From NCBI GenBank assembly GCA_002633005.1, contig NMRA01000213.1, forward strand, positions 488,996-552,995: a stretch of DNA of 64,000 nt, read 5' to 3'. A program made the translations under genes and the position numbers. Position 1 is the stretch's first letter, and each line of letters begins with the position of its first letter. This document shows, piece by piece, positions 23,690 through 38,132 of the stretch. The notes below the pieces were generated by a model. That model had not been told where the DNA came from, made no database searches, and was given only the letters and a program-made list of their open reading frames with translations. Origin of the DNA: Phoronis australis. Taxonomy: Eukaryota; Animalia; Phoronida.

Positions 23690-26347
23690 CAAGGGTCAAT
23701 CGGTACACTTGAAAAAAGGTGCAGGTGGCCTGATGCCTTTTGCGGTACATCAGGCGTATTTAGGCCACAAGGCCGGGCCCATTACACTAGTCACCTGATT
23801 ATGATTCATGGGGACAAGACATCGCCGGATTCCTCATGGGTGAAATCTTTAATCTGCCTGTTTGTTTCAGAAAGACAGGAAGACTATTAAACCTGTATGA
23901 ACTAACAATGTTAACCAGGCAGGTTACGTGGCCATCAAGTAGTAGATTACGGTGTCTACTGTAGGCAGGGAAAATCTCCACCAAATGAACATGCCATGTT
24001 GCCTGTAATGTTGCGGTGCCGAGCTAGGTTACAGTGTCCAGTAATAAACTGGGTCAGCTGCCTTATAGCTAGCCTATCTAAACATAACAGTTTCTTTTAA
24101 CCTTTTGGTTCAATAGGACTTGGAAAAAGTTGTTTGCTTTGTCTGCAGGCAGAGAGCTTTCTCCATGCATCCACAGACTGTTTGCGCAGCCAGTGCCTTA
24201 TCTTTTCTCTACAGCACATATCGGCAACTGGTATACAAGGTTCTGGTACAGAACAGGTTGCACTTGCTCCTTTTTTGTAAGTTTGTCAGCAGCTTCATTA
24301 CCGTCAATGCCAACATGGGCTTTAACCCAGTTCACATGAACAGTTCTGCTGGCTGATAGGTGGTTAAGCTCGTTTACACAGGCCAGGACACAATGGGAGT
24401 TGATCTTGGGCTTTGTTAGTGCTTTTTAAAGCTATTACAATAGCTGCTTGGCTGTCTGAGAGTATGAAGAATTCCTTGTTACCGAGGACTGTTTCATGCT
24501 CCCTTGCCAGCTGGGCAGCCTGGTGATGAATGGTGGCAATTTCAGCCTGAAGGACTGTAACGGTGTTACTCAATGAAATCCAGCTTTCTTTGTCGTCACC
24601 TTCAAGGTCTGGAAAGTAAATTCCTGATCCTGACTGTCCGTTGTCAAGTTTAGAGCTATCAGTGTAACAAACGGACTGTTGGTCATTGTAATCAAGGATT
24701 TCATGACCATCTCCAATTTCTGTATAGAAGTTGTGTCTCTGATTTAGTGTCGTCACTAAAACATCACTTGGCATTGCCAAAAGTGTTCCAATTTCTGACA
24801 TTAACCTGTTGCATACATTAACATGGCTCTTAGGGGCAACAGTATCCGCGATTCGCGCGTTACTCCACTGCCCATTACACCTCATACGATAAGCTGCAAG
24901 CACAGCTTCACCGTTGAGGTAAATATGCTGGGGTGGCAAACCAATAAGCATTTCCATTGCAGCCGTAAGTGTCCCTGGAAAAGCAGAAGTAACACACCAG
25001 CAAGCTAAACGCTGTATTTGTGTCAAGTTGGTTCTAACAGTGCTCTGTTCAAGAGATGTTATCCATATTGATGCCGCGTAAGCTAGCATCGGTCAGATAA
25101 CACCAATGTAGATCCAGAGACAATTCTTGGGAGGGAGTCCCCAAGTTTTACCCACTACTCGGCAACACCTTACCAGGGCCTACTTGGCCTTGGTTATCTT
25201 GTCCATCACGTGAGGTGTCCAAGAAAGGCGATGGTGGAGTGTAACACCTATGTAGATGACTTTCTTGGAGTGGGAGTTCAGTACCATAGAGCTTTAATGG
25301 TTTTACATTCCACTTCCGCTTCCAGGTGAACATGACCACTTTTGTTTCACTGCTGTTGATCTCCAAGCCAACTGTCTCAGTCCATCGAATAGCATATTAA
25401 GTGCCTTCTGGACAACACTGCAGCATGTGCAAGCATAGACAATTGGCACACAGATGACAATGTCACCAGCATAGGCCTGTACAACTAGACCTTGCCCAAT
25501 GTTAGCCAACAGCTGCCTTAACAGGCAGCCCATGACTACATTGAAGAGAGCGGTACCACCTTGTGGAGTACCTCTAGTGAGACGGACAGTCACACTAGCT
25601 CCCTCAAGCTTAGCTGTTACAGTCTGACTGCCCAGCATGTACATAATCCACCTTATAAGCCCTTTGTCAATCTGAAAGTGAACAAGTGCATTATAGATAG
25701 CATCATGTTTAATGTAATTGAAGGCACCTACAATGTCGATGAAAGCGCCAAGAGCAAACATTTCATTGTATACAGCATTCTCAAGCTGTCTGATAAGGTG
25801 GTGAAGAGCAGTCTTTGTAGAAAAAAACAGCTCTGTAAGCGTACTGATTTCTCAAAAGTCTGCTCATAACATCTTGCCTTTCTAAATGCCACAGAACCAA
25901 TTTCTCAAGACCTTTCAAGAAGAGGGAAGTAAGAGTTATAGGTCTGAAGGAGTCAGTTTTGAAGTAAGACTCCTTGCTAGGTTTGGGGATAAAAACAACC
26001 CTCGCCTTAGTCCAGGTTTCTGGGACGTAGCCTAGTCTAAGGCTGCCCTTGTAAACATTAGACAGCATTTGGAAGCGCTTGGTTCCTGCTTCCTTTATCA
26101 TCTTAGGAAATACCATGTCTTGAACGGGGGCATTCCATGGTTTAAAAGACATGAGGGCCAATTTGACAAGATGAGTATTAACCCTCTCATCGAAAAAGTC
26201 CATATGGATTTCCTGTTCTTGCCCGTCACATACTACTTCTCTAGTTCTATGACCAGGAATCAAACTACCGGGAAAGTGTTTATCCAACATGGCCCTGAGA
26301 GTTTCACCAGGTGAACTGGTGTATGAACCATCTTTTCGTTGGTACAT
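23690..26347 (-). mobile_element. Non-LTR retrotransposon, LOA/Lian-like (RT + RNase H), 5'-truncated and frameshifted
   Basis: RT fragments WTKARVVFIPKP...FRPITLTSLFLKGLEK, FIDIVGAFN, GTPQGG, QAYAGD. RNase H fragments YTDSSK, QAEI, SDSQAA, WVKAHVGIDGNEAAD. LTGHC motif follows. Confidence 0.9.
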
Positions 26348-27263
26348 TTGCAGGCTACTCGGTAGATTTTAAAAGTGTGTTTTGATGCTTAGAACATACA
26401 TCCAAACTCCACAGAAGTTCAATGAACCAACATTTCTGCTGTCATGTCGTGAAAATTTGAAGACTTGAATTCACGTCAGAGAAATTTAAAGTTATCATTG
26501 TTGAAGTTGAAAACGGATTTGCGTATCGCATGAATCGCAGCATTTTTTCTTGTTATGATCTAAACCCATTTGATGTGGCACCCTCATGAAAATAGTTTTT
26601 CGAATCAAAACTGATAGCAAAATTATTAAGCAAACTGGTCTAGTTACAACATTCGTTGCATCGGATGATCTCTTGACTGAGGTTTAAAACAGGGCACCTT
26701 TTCACTTTTCAATAAATTCCACAATCTGCAGTTCAAACAGCTTGTAATAAGGTTGGTTCAGTTCACAGAATTCAAAAATGGTCGCAACTGAGTAAATGTA
26801 CTACACATGTGTACGAGGTTTAGATAAAAAGATAAAAGAATTATCACTGCTTGTTTGTGGATGGTTTTCACATGATGGCTTATTCCTTTCGGACGCATCA
26901 GTGTCTAGCTGACATGGTGCATTCAGCGTCAATTTTATTTAATTTCAGTGTCGCACAGTGTTCAGGAAATTGATGTACTGGGCCGATTTTCTCTTTTCGC
27001 ATTCCCCAGTTAAAGTGCCGCTACTGTAACTAATGTGCATTTTTTGCCACTTTTACGTCTTTAGGCGGTTCAACGTTTACAGATTTTGCCACTGTAACAA
27101 CAAAAGTCTTTAAGAGGAGCTACCGAATAGTTAAAAAGTAGCGGCATAGTCCCCTGTTTTAAACAGCTTAAAAGATCAAAGAAATGTTATTGTTCCTATG
27201 ATGCCAAACAGATCAAACCGCGACCTATGTATTGTATACGTAAAAATGAGAGGCCTTAACCTG

Positions 27264-27975
27264 GGGAGATGACTTTTGTCTTCTGTCGCACTGCTTCCAA
27301 GACTTGTGCACAAGGACAGCCGAACTGTCATAGATTGCTAAACGAGTAGGTCTACCCATCAACACCGAGAAGACTAAGACCATGCGTATACATAGCAGAC
27401 AAGTAAATAATGTTATTCTTGACGGTGAAGAGATTGAAAATGTCTCAGAATTTACTTATCTGGGGAGTGTCGTTAGCACAAGTAGGGGAACTAATGAGGA
27501 CATTAAAACGCGCATCAAGAACGCTCGTCAGGCACGCTATGCTAAAGCCTGTATGGCGCTCAAAGATCTACTCATTCAAGTCAAAGATAAGAATCTTCAA
27601 CTCTAATGTAATGTCTGTTCTTCTTTACGGTTCAGAGACGTGGAGAGTTACACAAACATTGGTTTATAGAGTCCAGGTCTTTGTAAATAGATGCCTGCGA
27701 CAAATCCTGCAGATTAAATGGTCGGATAGAATCACAAATGAAGAGATTTGGCAAAAACTGAGCATGAGAGGGTAGAGACTCAGATAAAGCGGATAAATGG
27801 AGGTGGGTGGGACACACCCTCAGAAAAGATGACGGAAGCATCACAAAACAAGCCCTGTCCTGGAACCTGCAGGGAAGTCTTCGACGAGGCAGACCAGTCC
27901 AAACGTGGAGGAGGACAATGGAAGCCGAACTCCGCGAAACCGGATACAACATGCAGCAAATAAGGGAGGTCGCAC
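27264..27975 (+). mobile_element. RTE-clade LINE 3' fragment
   Basis: Fragments GLPINTEKTK, FTYLGS, SVLLYGSETW, RCLRQILQIKW, GHTLRK, RRGRPVQTW; frameshifted. Confidence 0.92.
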
Positions 27976-28449
27976 TTTTGAAACTCAAAAATGGTTGTTT
28001 TGCTTTCGTCACTTTGAGAATAGATGAAAATGCCTAGTTTTTATTAAAACGACATAAGCAAACATTTATTTTCGGAGCTCATAATCGGGGCGCCGAAGAG
28101 CACCAGGAGCGCGGCCACCTTTATTAATATAATAGGCCCCACTGTTTGGCTGTCTTCTGGTCGGAGCCGTACTATATTCTCTTAGAGGGCCTCGCCTTTT
28201 GAGCTCGAAAATGTATTTTTGCCTCTGTCATTTCATTAAGAATAAGTTGTTTAAAATAATAAGCTGTTTCAATAAGTAAATATACCTAACACTCAATTAA
28301 AAATAAATAAACTGATGCTGCACATTCTTACTCCGCAAATTAAAACACGACAATATGTTAATGTTGATGTCTATGTGATAGCTACAATTGTACATGCACA
28401 TACATGTGTATGTACAAGTTCGTGCGTGTATGAATACATACTAAGTAGT

Positions 28450-30780
28450 GCATCTGTGTAATAGTGCAATTTATATTCTTATTGATGGTGGACATAATTT
28501 GAGTCGTTGCATACGTGTACCAAGAATATCCTTTTTGCTCCTGTAATATCTTGAAAGTCCAGCAAGTGAGTGGTTGCAAATCTCATTTAAAACTGAATAG
28601 AGAAACTTATTGATTTTTCTAGGAATGTGAAAACGTAAATAGAGAGTTGTCGTGATCTATTTGTTAAGTTAAGTCTTCAGCATTATGTTGTAGTTGCGAA
28701 AAGTAACAATAAAAGATCTGGCGAAAGAGGCTTCCTAATTGGTCTGTTGTTTCGGTTGCGATGGCAAATGAGATTGTTTTGAAAGTAATGTGGACGTTGG
28801 TACTACATGATAAAGCAGGCTACTATAAGAGTGTCTTCAAGCAGTGCAATTATTTACGTGTTGAATTTGTATGGGCAAACCAACATCCTTATTCTCCAGT
28901 TTAGTTTCTGAATTGCTTTCTGCTGATAATTATATTTCTGCATATTTGATGCCAACAATTAAGTTAATATAGATCAAGGAGAATACATTTCTTGAGTGAG
29001 TTTATTGAGTGCAACATAGGTTTGTGCAGTATTTGCTCGTGACAGATCGATATGTTGAGACCGGGATAATTAATCGTCAAACGTCAATCATAAAATCTGT
29101 TTTTTCGAAGGAAGTGAAATAGCATGTACATATGCACTTAGTTTTGGTGTAACTTTACCACAATTTCTAGAGTGATAAGCAAGTGCATGTGTTCGATATA
29201 TAAGGCAGATTTCACCACTTTACATAAAAGTATCAAGATGAGTGGATTTGTGCAGGTCGTATACTTAAATAAAAAGAGAGCACACAATAGTTACTTGGCG
29301 TGTACTAGTTGTAGTTGATTTTTGGGAGGTTGGTTTGCCAAGTAAAATGTATTGGTGTCGAGTGATTGAACGCATTTTGAGGAATAAACTCTCGACTCCA
29401 GTATACCACAAAATGCAATCTTAACTAGCAAGATACCATTGTGTATTGTCAAAAGCTTTTGAAAGGTCGATATTACGTGGTGGCAGGGTTTATCCCGTAG
29501 TACAGATGTCTGTTAATTCTGTCAGTTTGTTCGATTGTTGCAAAGTATGCTGATCCTATTTTCTGGTGTTCACATACGTGAAAGAGACTGTTTGTATTGA
29601 GGTAGTCATAACGCTGGCCATTTACAATTTTTTCAAATTAATTTTTGAGAACACAGGAGGTAGAGATATAGGCCTGTGGCTGTTGATAGTGCTTTGTATA
29701 TAGGCACAACTGCAAATAAGTTGGAAAATTGCCTGTTAAAACAATGCTTTATAATGGTACTGAATGGTTTTATAGTGATCGGAGTGACCAATTTGGTGAA
29801 AATGTTTTAAGCTGTGCTGGAATATGATTTCATATTGCCCAAGGACATTTTTTTTTCATTTTCTGCATGAAAATTTTATTGTGTTTGCGTACAATTAGAT
29901 GAGGAAGAGCCAAATTTAAGGTATGGGTGTACTCGTGTTTGCTACTTTAACGATAGCCCACCATTTACAAAAAGGTTTTAAAATTCATAAGTTATAGACG
30001 TTTTATTACATATCTTATGTGGATGATTGTTTTATTACGTATTCTGGTAATCTTTAGATGTGTTCTTTGTTTTGAAAATACTCTTAATCTTACATGTATT
30101 CCATGTATTGAATTCTTCTTGAAAGTAAAGTTTCTCTGCAATTTGAGAAAGTAATTTCGAAATTTTACGTTAGGTGCAAACGTTCCTCTGGCATTCATCA
30201 AGAAGTGAGCAAGGTGTGGGTTTAAGTTTTGCTTTTTGTTTGTTCTGTCTATGTTTATTTTTATTAAAAATTAAAGATGTGATTGGATTTCATGAGCCGA
30301 CTGTGGCTTTGTCGGGAAAACGTGTTTGTGCAAAATAATTATGATGTTTGCTAGTGAGGAATAGTGCCCAAGTTTGAGCGTTGAATTTGAGTGAGAATGT
30401 AATCCAAATTCATTTCCTAGAATTTAGAGAAAGTTCGTTCTCGTTCTCTGAAGAGAATCTGATATGTCTTTGCGTTAGGTACGATAAATGGTTTTATTTT
30501 TAGGTGAAGCCTAGATAGCATCTCAATGGATTCTTGAAATTTATGGTTGCAATTCATTTTTAATAGATCAGTCTTGAAATCTTTTGCAACATTGGATTCG
30601 TTGTTATATGTGATTTGTGGAATAATGACGTCCGTAAATTCATCTTAAATAATTCCATGCAACCTAACGCGCAAGTACATACATGTAGGATGTGATCCGC
30701 CACGTGAATAGTTTGAGTGAAGTATTTAAAATCTGCGAAAAAATGAAGAACCGGCAGAAATTCGAAGCGTATGGATCAAT
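28450..30780 (-). mobile_element. Heavily decayed CR1/L2-like LINE ORF2
   Basis: Minus-strand fragments HRPISLPPVFSKI (about 29670), IDLSKAFD (about 29460) and an ADH endonuclease-like motif (about 30695); many stops. Confidence 0.7.
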
Positions 30781-30927
30781 ACAAAACGTACCTCGATTGT
30801 GGTACATGAAGTAATATCCTACTCGACATTATTCCGCGTATCGACCGAGACCGGAGGTCGCAGTCGATACGCGGAATAATGTCTCCTGGGATATTACCTC
30901 ATGCACGTCACTCTCGGTACGTTTTGT
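30781..30927. repeat. About 150-bp palindrome/hairpin
   Basis: Perfect 21-bp stem GACATTATTCCGCGTATCGAC (30825-30845) pairs with 30863-30883, extending imperfectly to ACAAAACGTACC...GGTACGTTTTGT. Confidence 0.9.
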
Positions 30928-33900
30928 GTATATATGCGTTTTAAAATTGTATGAAATATCTTTAATAATCACCCACACCTTTCCTAATGTACCGAGAAGT
31001 TTATAATCGTAACTGCGTGAACCGTGAGGAAAAGTTATGTAATGCCTTTCATTACTTAATTATATTCCTGAACATGTATTTTTGTTGTCCTTTTTTGCAC
31101 TGTACAGCAGCCCATGCATTTTTGGGTCAAAATTTGAATACTGTCATCTAAACCAATTGTCTTTTTCACATTTTGTTACTGTTTTTAATACTTTCTTATT
31201 AATAATATATGGACATGTATCAGAGCCGTAAGCGACATGACCCAGACAATATGTCTCCACAAGTTTAGGGTTAGCCCAAATAAAAATGTACTTGTAGGTA
31301 ATTAACTACATTTCGTAACAATAGTAATGTTTTATTCAACAGCTTAACGACACTTACTAGCTTTTTTTCAAATGTCTTCTCTATTCAAGGCAAAAAAACT
31401 GTTTTCCTGAATGCAAATTGGTGACAATTACACAAGGATCATCACTGTCATTCTCGTTTATATTTCGTACCGTTTCCGAAGAGAACTGAAGATTTTAGGA
31501 AGTTGTTTTACATATTCAATTAAATGTGTTGAATTGCTAACACTTTTATGTATGTACTCAGCCTTGAAGGCTGAGCCTCCCAGAGGTGATGAATTCGTGC
31601 AAAAAAAAAACAATCGATGTATTTTAATTAAAACAAATCCATTGTACTATTTTAATTTTGAATCAGTTGCAGAAAATCCAATGAACATGTACGGGTGAAT
31701 ATTTCTAAATTAATATGTTACGTACGATAAACAGTTTGATATTAATAATTCCTAGCGTACATACGACACGTACAGTACGTCCACCATTTTTGTCTCAACC
31801 CTTCACCTTATATCGAATTGCCTGAGAAAAAAATATCTTGTTGTACTTCAAAAAAGTTCCATTAAGTCATCCTGTGAACAAAAGTGGTACTTTGTGCAAT
31901 TCTCAGAAAGTTAACATTGAAAATTTTATTTCATTAATGCATGTTCCTTGCTTACATGTACGTCCGTCGCAACCATGTAAAGCAACATTTCCTTGTCAAG
32001 CAATTGATTGTACATGTACGTCCGACAAAAATAGAATTTCCCCTAGATTAAATACTGTGTAATGATCAGTTCTTACAACCGGGATCCTTTTACACGGATG
32101 TCATCGGAAACAAATTGTTTCAAAACACCAAGAACGATTCAAACTTTTCTTCTAGCTAATAAATATTACCACTAGGCGAACCGTTCATTCTGAAATAATT
32201 GCAAAAATTCTTCCAAACCCCAGTGTCATTATAGTTGAATTTGACAATTTGAAGCTTGTTTCCAACTGAACGATGGACAATGCCTCTCCCATATTGTTTT
32301 GGAGCTTTTTTGAGATTAAGGGTCTTAAAAGACCATTTTTGTGAAGGATTGTCCACGGCAGGGGGGAAGGGCGGTAGATCGGTAGATGTACATTGTATAA
32401 TACGGATGCAGACAACGTCACTTCAAGAACGTTGATAGCTTAAGTACACCACAACTTGCAAACAATATGGTTCATTGAATCATAAAAAATTCATAAAGTT
32501 ACACCCGGATGTGTTAGTGACCAATTGGGGGGCAATACAATATTCATATTGTTAAGATGATATATTTAATGCGACATATTGCCTACCTACAATTTCAACG
32601 TTGGATATCCGGTTTCTTGGGGCGACAACTCAAAGTGGTTATTCCTCGTGCTGTAGCTACATTAACATACATGTCAATTTTCCATGAGGACTTTACTTTT
32701 ACTGGATTTTCTTTCGACTGATGCACTTAGTTCACTAATTTTGTATATTGCAAGTTAAATACTCTTGTTAATGCAAAAATTGCGGTCTTGCATAAACTAT
32801 TCTTACCGAACATTAAATGTTACCGATATAAGCCAACGACCAAGTAATGAGACAAAGAGATCAATTCCAGAGCGTGATACGTAGATGTATCCAGTGTTAG
32901 CTTCTTTTATTCAAAGCAAGCTGTGCTATGTGTCACGACGTGACTTTAATGAGACAATTTAATAGAAACATTAAGTTTAAAGAAATAACATTTAATGAAG
33001 CTTCAACATGCAAAAAACGAACATTTACACACATTAAGTTTCGTCACTTGGTAAACCACTCTCCAGGTGGCACCCCAAACTAATATTACTGAGTCAAGAG
33101 TCCATCTTATTTCACACAGTCCGTGCGGTCTTTTGTGGTCAGCATCCGACCCCATCATCTTTGTCCGCTAAATGTTCCAAATCTACTGTAGACACAAACG
33201 TTCCACTGTCTGTGAACAACTTCCAACACGTCTACACTGTGTCGCGGCTGGCTCTCAACTGCCGCACCCAGGTCGAACATTTGAATGCGCCCGGCTAAAA
33301 CAACAGCTCATTTGCATATAAATGTCCCGGCAACAATCGCTGAACACTGACCCCGGCGACGTAACAGACTATACGTTCACCATTATCCATTCGTTACACT
33401 ATGTACATGTACTAGGTGAATCAACGTGGAATCCGAAAATCTAATAATTTATGGCGTACAAACATTTCTCTCTAAGAAGCTCTGCGTTGCTCTTACCAAA
33501 AAAATGCTCCCCTTTCCACTCAACATTGTTTTAACCTTACATGTAGTGGGTGACAAACTGGCAACACGTATTGACACTTAGTATTTTACGATACAAACAT
33601 TTACATCTAACGATAATACACAATCGCAACTTTCACAGGCATGTACATGTAATTAGTTTGATTGTGATTAGGGCTTACTTTTTTTGACAAGCTTCTGGAA
33701 CGTATTGTACACGTGTTCCACTGTGTGTACCCAGAATTTAAGATACATCGAATTTCGACTGAAACACGGAAAACTGGCGCGTGTTTTACTGTATGTACTG
33801 TCAAGGCTAAACGAGTTTACCTGAGGCACCAATTAATAGTTTATTGACACTAATGCAATTTACAAATGAAGGAAGATATAATTATTTGACACAAATGCAC

Positions 33901-36900
33901 GCATGCGCACGAGCAAAAACACATTCTGACACCAGATACTGAATAAAACGCTACTTGATTATTAAAGAAAAAAATTGAGAAAGAGGACCATCACCTTCTG
34001 AAAACATAATGTTCACGGTTTCCGATACTCATACATTTTTTCGATTTGGAAGTATTGTAACAATAAATAACTTAAATCTTCAGATGAAGGAGTAATAATT
34101 CTCAGTCGTTGGCAGTAAATGTCAAACTTTCCTTAAGAAATTAGCAACTGACATATCCCATCCTAACTTTATGTGAAAGAAACCAATCGTTGACCAGAGA
34201 ATACATAAATTTTAGAGTTTGAAAAACAAACAGGTGAAGTATAGCAGAACGGAAATTTCGTCACGTTACAATCCCTGTAAAGATGAGTTGTAACAAAGCG
34301 TGAAAACATCTGACTGTTGGACAACAATTCTGACTGGAAAATCGTTCATGGTGAATTAGATGGAAATACTTAATGTATCAGTGCATAAGTGTTTTTAAAT
34401 ATCTTTAATTAATTAGGACTCCATACGTTTATTCCCAATGGTATATGAAAATCAACACAATTAATAGATATCTGCCTCCAGATATGTTTTAGCCTAAAAC
34501 AGGTTTCAAACATACAGAAAAATCTAAAGCTAAATAGAACATTAGAAAAATAACACCTACAAACTTGATACTGTCTGTTTTCAATATATGAGGTGGAAGT
34601 GGCAATTAGACACAATTCATTCGCAGCACGACATTTTTCTAAAATGGAAATTCCCTGCTCAGATTTTTCAATTAGTGATTTCCAGCAATCTTGAAATCCT
34701 GTGAATATGACAAAGCAGACCAACTGAGCTCAATAGCCACATTAAAATGTTTATTTCTCACATGACCTGGAATGTGTTACGACACAACTGGTTAATAACA
34801 CCGAGTACGTAATTTTTTTAAATTACATGGGCGAATTACAAAGTAGTGCGAAGTAGAAATCCATATGTAGCCTTACATCTCATAGTCGGCAATACACTAA
34901 ATCAACCAAACGCGTGCCAACCAAACAATGCCGGAATTCCGAGAAATTGAAAAGGTTATGATTGAGGAATCGAGTGTCGCAACTGTACGTATTCCCACTC
35001 GGAAGGCATGCAAACAACATTTTAAACGGACTCATCTTCGGCGGCAAATTCCATATAATCCACGTTTATTCAAACGGAGACGAACCCCAACTCAAGAAAC
35101 GAGGTGAGACTATGTAGCTGTGCTGTCTCAAAGGTCATTTCAGTGCTTACACGCGGGGAAGCCTTGCTGACTGTTATTTGTAGACAATTTTAAGCTTGAA
35201 TATGACACCTTCAAAGACCATTTAGTAGATTTTAACTTCAATTTTTGCTACATGTACGAAAGCTGAAAGCAAGTTACAAATGCTAAGTTTAGAATAAAAC
35301 TAATAACAGAAAATAACTGAATTACTTTGCATTGCGCAAGCGTGACTTTACAAAAGTTGCGTCATGTGTTTTATACACGTCGAGTTTTTCGGCAAAAAAT
35401 ATCGATTTTGCAGTTCATGAGGAAAAACAAATCTTACACTCCTCTCAGGTTGATGACATGAGCAAAACCTCTTGGAAATTTCGTCCAAATCTCTCGGCAA
35501 GGTTTTGGTCATGTCATAAACCTGAAACTCGTGTAGGATTTTTTATTTCTGAGAAGGTTGGTCAAACACGTCCATATCTGGATAGCATATTATTTTCAAT
35601 CAAAATTACTTTTATTTACTCATGGTGAGCGCTGTTATACAACAAGGAAATTTGAACCTATTCTTGCCACGGTTAAAAATGGAATGAAGTCGCCTTTTAC
35701 TAAAAGGATTAATTGTTTATTTACATTTTCCTTTCTCACATTAGAGTTGCTTTATAGGCTTGTAAAGAAGTGACACTTGTTCGTTGCTTGAGACTGACAT
35801 ACCGACTCAAGCCAGGTTATTGGGCCCGAACTTAAATTTTCTATCCAAGACCGCATATCACTCTAACAGACAAATTTTACAATGGAGATAAACAATATTT
35901 AATAGACATAAAAGAGCTTAAAATACTAGCAATTCTGTAGACCAACATGGTGTACAAAATTAGCTAGATACATGTACATGCATATTAGTAATAATCCAAG
36001 GGGCACCCATTGATACATTTTTGACTTTCGTCAATCAACCTACCATGCAATTTCAAGCTTCTTTGTCACCACAGACCGTTTAGTCAATTCAACCTCATGT
36101 TTTGGACTCACAGACACTCTCTGGGATGGCAGTGTCATAGGTTTACGCGTCGTAAGGTAAACTTATGGTGCACTGCTAGGACGTTATTGCCGACGACTGA
36201 AAATAAATAAAAAACTCATTTAACACACACTGCACACAATACAACTGAGTCAGGATTTTTTTAGTAGTTTGTAGTTGAAAATAAATTCTTGACCATTAGG
36301 AAGCCGGCCCTTTCAGTGATGTTGACTGGACTATGTTTCTTTACGTACATCAACCGATGTCGCCGTCCCCTTTTTATATATCAAAAGTTGAGCTAAGCTC
36401 AGGACTATTGTGTGGTGCAGAACAATAACAGTATTAGCGTTGTATGCAAGACAATAAAATATTGGCTGAAATAAAGTGAAATGGTAAGGACAAAGAGAAA
36501 CTGACAATTTTTAACGGGTTTGGATTCTGAATTGATATCGCCGTGAAGAGTTAGTGTACAGTAGCATGCTTCTTAGCCAAAAAGGTGCGATGTTATTTTT
36601 GACGAGTTTTGAGTCGTTGCTTTTTTACATTAAAGTAGTCGCTCATGGTGGTAGATAATTGGCGTTTGCCTCGTGACATCTGACAAATGAACGAGTCTGC
36701 CCTTAACAAAAGAACAATTGCTTTAAGAACTCTTTGCTTATTGACCAAAATCCCAGGTCTATTCTTAGAACGCAGGTCTTACTCACGGGTTCCAGCTTAC
36801 ATAATTTTTTTCGGACTAAGAAATAAATAATTTCCAAGTGAGAGTTATACTATGTTGTCAGAGGTTCCTTGGTGTCTTGGGTGTTAGCGTTCTTTCAGTA

Positions 36901-38132
36901 ACCGATTGTGTCAGGGGATTTTCAAAATAATGCGATTCACACGATATGCACCCATTTTTGTCGATTGTCGAGGGATGTGTACTAAATCGGCTCACAAGTG
37001 CTTGAATTCATGCATAAATAGTGTTCATTACCGACCTCCTGACGTAGCCGTGCATATCAAAAACCAGTAGTAAATAATAGTTTTTTTTCACTCTAGCACA
37101 CCAGTTTTCCTCCTCAAGTATATCTTTGCTATACAAAGAATCGTGACGTTGGTTTGACAATCTATTACTACCCATTTTGGTTAGCAATTTAACAGGCTTA
37201 CACATGAATGATACCACTACTTACATGTATTCATGCCGCCCACATTCACCTCGAACATTTGTTTTTTTACTACCAGTAAGCAAGAGCTACTTATAAAATT
37301 TATTTTGTACATTTTCTATTTCCTTCCTATAGCATGTTCCCCATAATTTAGCATCATAAAAAGTACATGTATTAGGGATATCACAGAATCAAAGCGTTCG
37401 AAGGCTATTTTGACATTATGACTTGAGCTGAAATGTATATCACATAGATAGTGCTTAATAACACCGGGGCTGTATGTGTTTGCTGGGCTATAGTGTCATA
37501 GCATCTTGACCGATTCAGTCTACATGAGAATACACCTTCCAATTTCCGCAATACGTCCCCCGCCTCTCATTTTAAACATTGCGATGAGAATACTGTGACA
37601 ATTAAGTGTCAGTGTTCATAACAAGGACCACGATGAGGCACAACCCACCCCCAATGGATGATCGATATTTGCAAAACAGACTTTGCAATTATTGGTAAAT
37701 TTCACAGTAAACTTGGAAAACTCGGATTCACGATAGCCATGATGGCATGGGCACAGTGTAGGCATTTCGCGGTAGTAAACACTGTATGGCTGTAGTGCTC
37801 GTGCGTAGAGTGTCTATACTAACATATAATCAGTATCAAGACCCGCTATGAGGGCCTGACATCAATGGTTCTTGAAAGGGAGCAATTCGCTCGTTATCAC
37901 TAAAATTTTCAATGCACTTACATGGAACGAATTCTTCATTGCAACGTAACTTTTGCGTTTGGTCGAAACACAATCCTTCGAAATGCGCCGAAGAAAAAGT
38001 AGCTGACAACAGAATCTGACACTGACGTCCCATACCCTTTGACGTCATTCAAAGCGACGTCATTTCTGCTCAGCTTCTACGCCCTTAGGAAACTGTAACT
38101 CAGCGACGCACCTGTCAAGTTCCAGTTACTAC

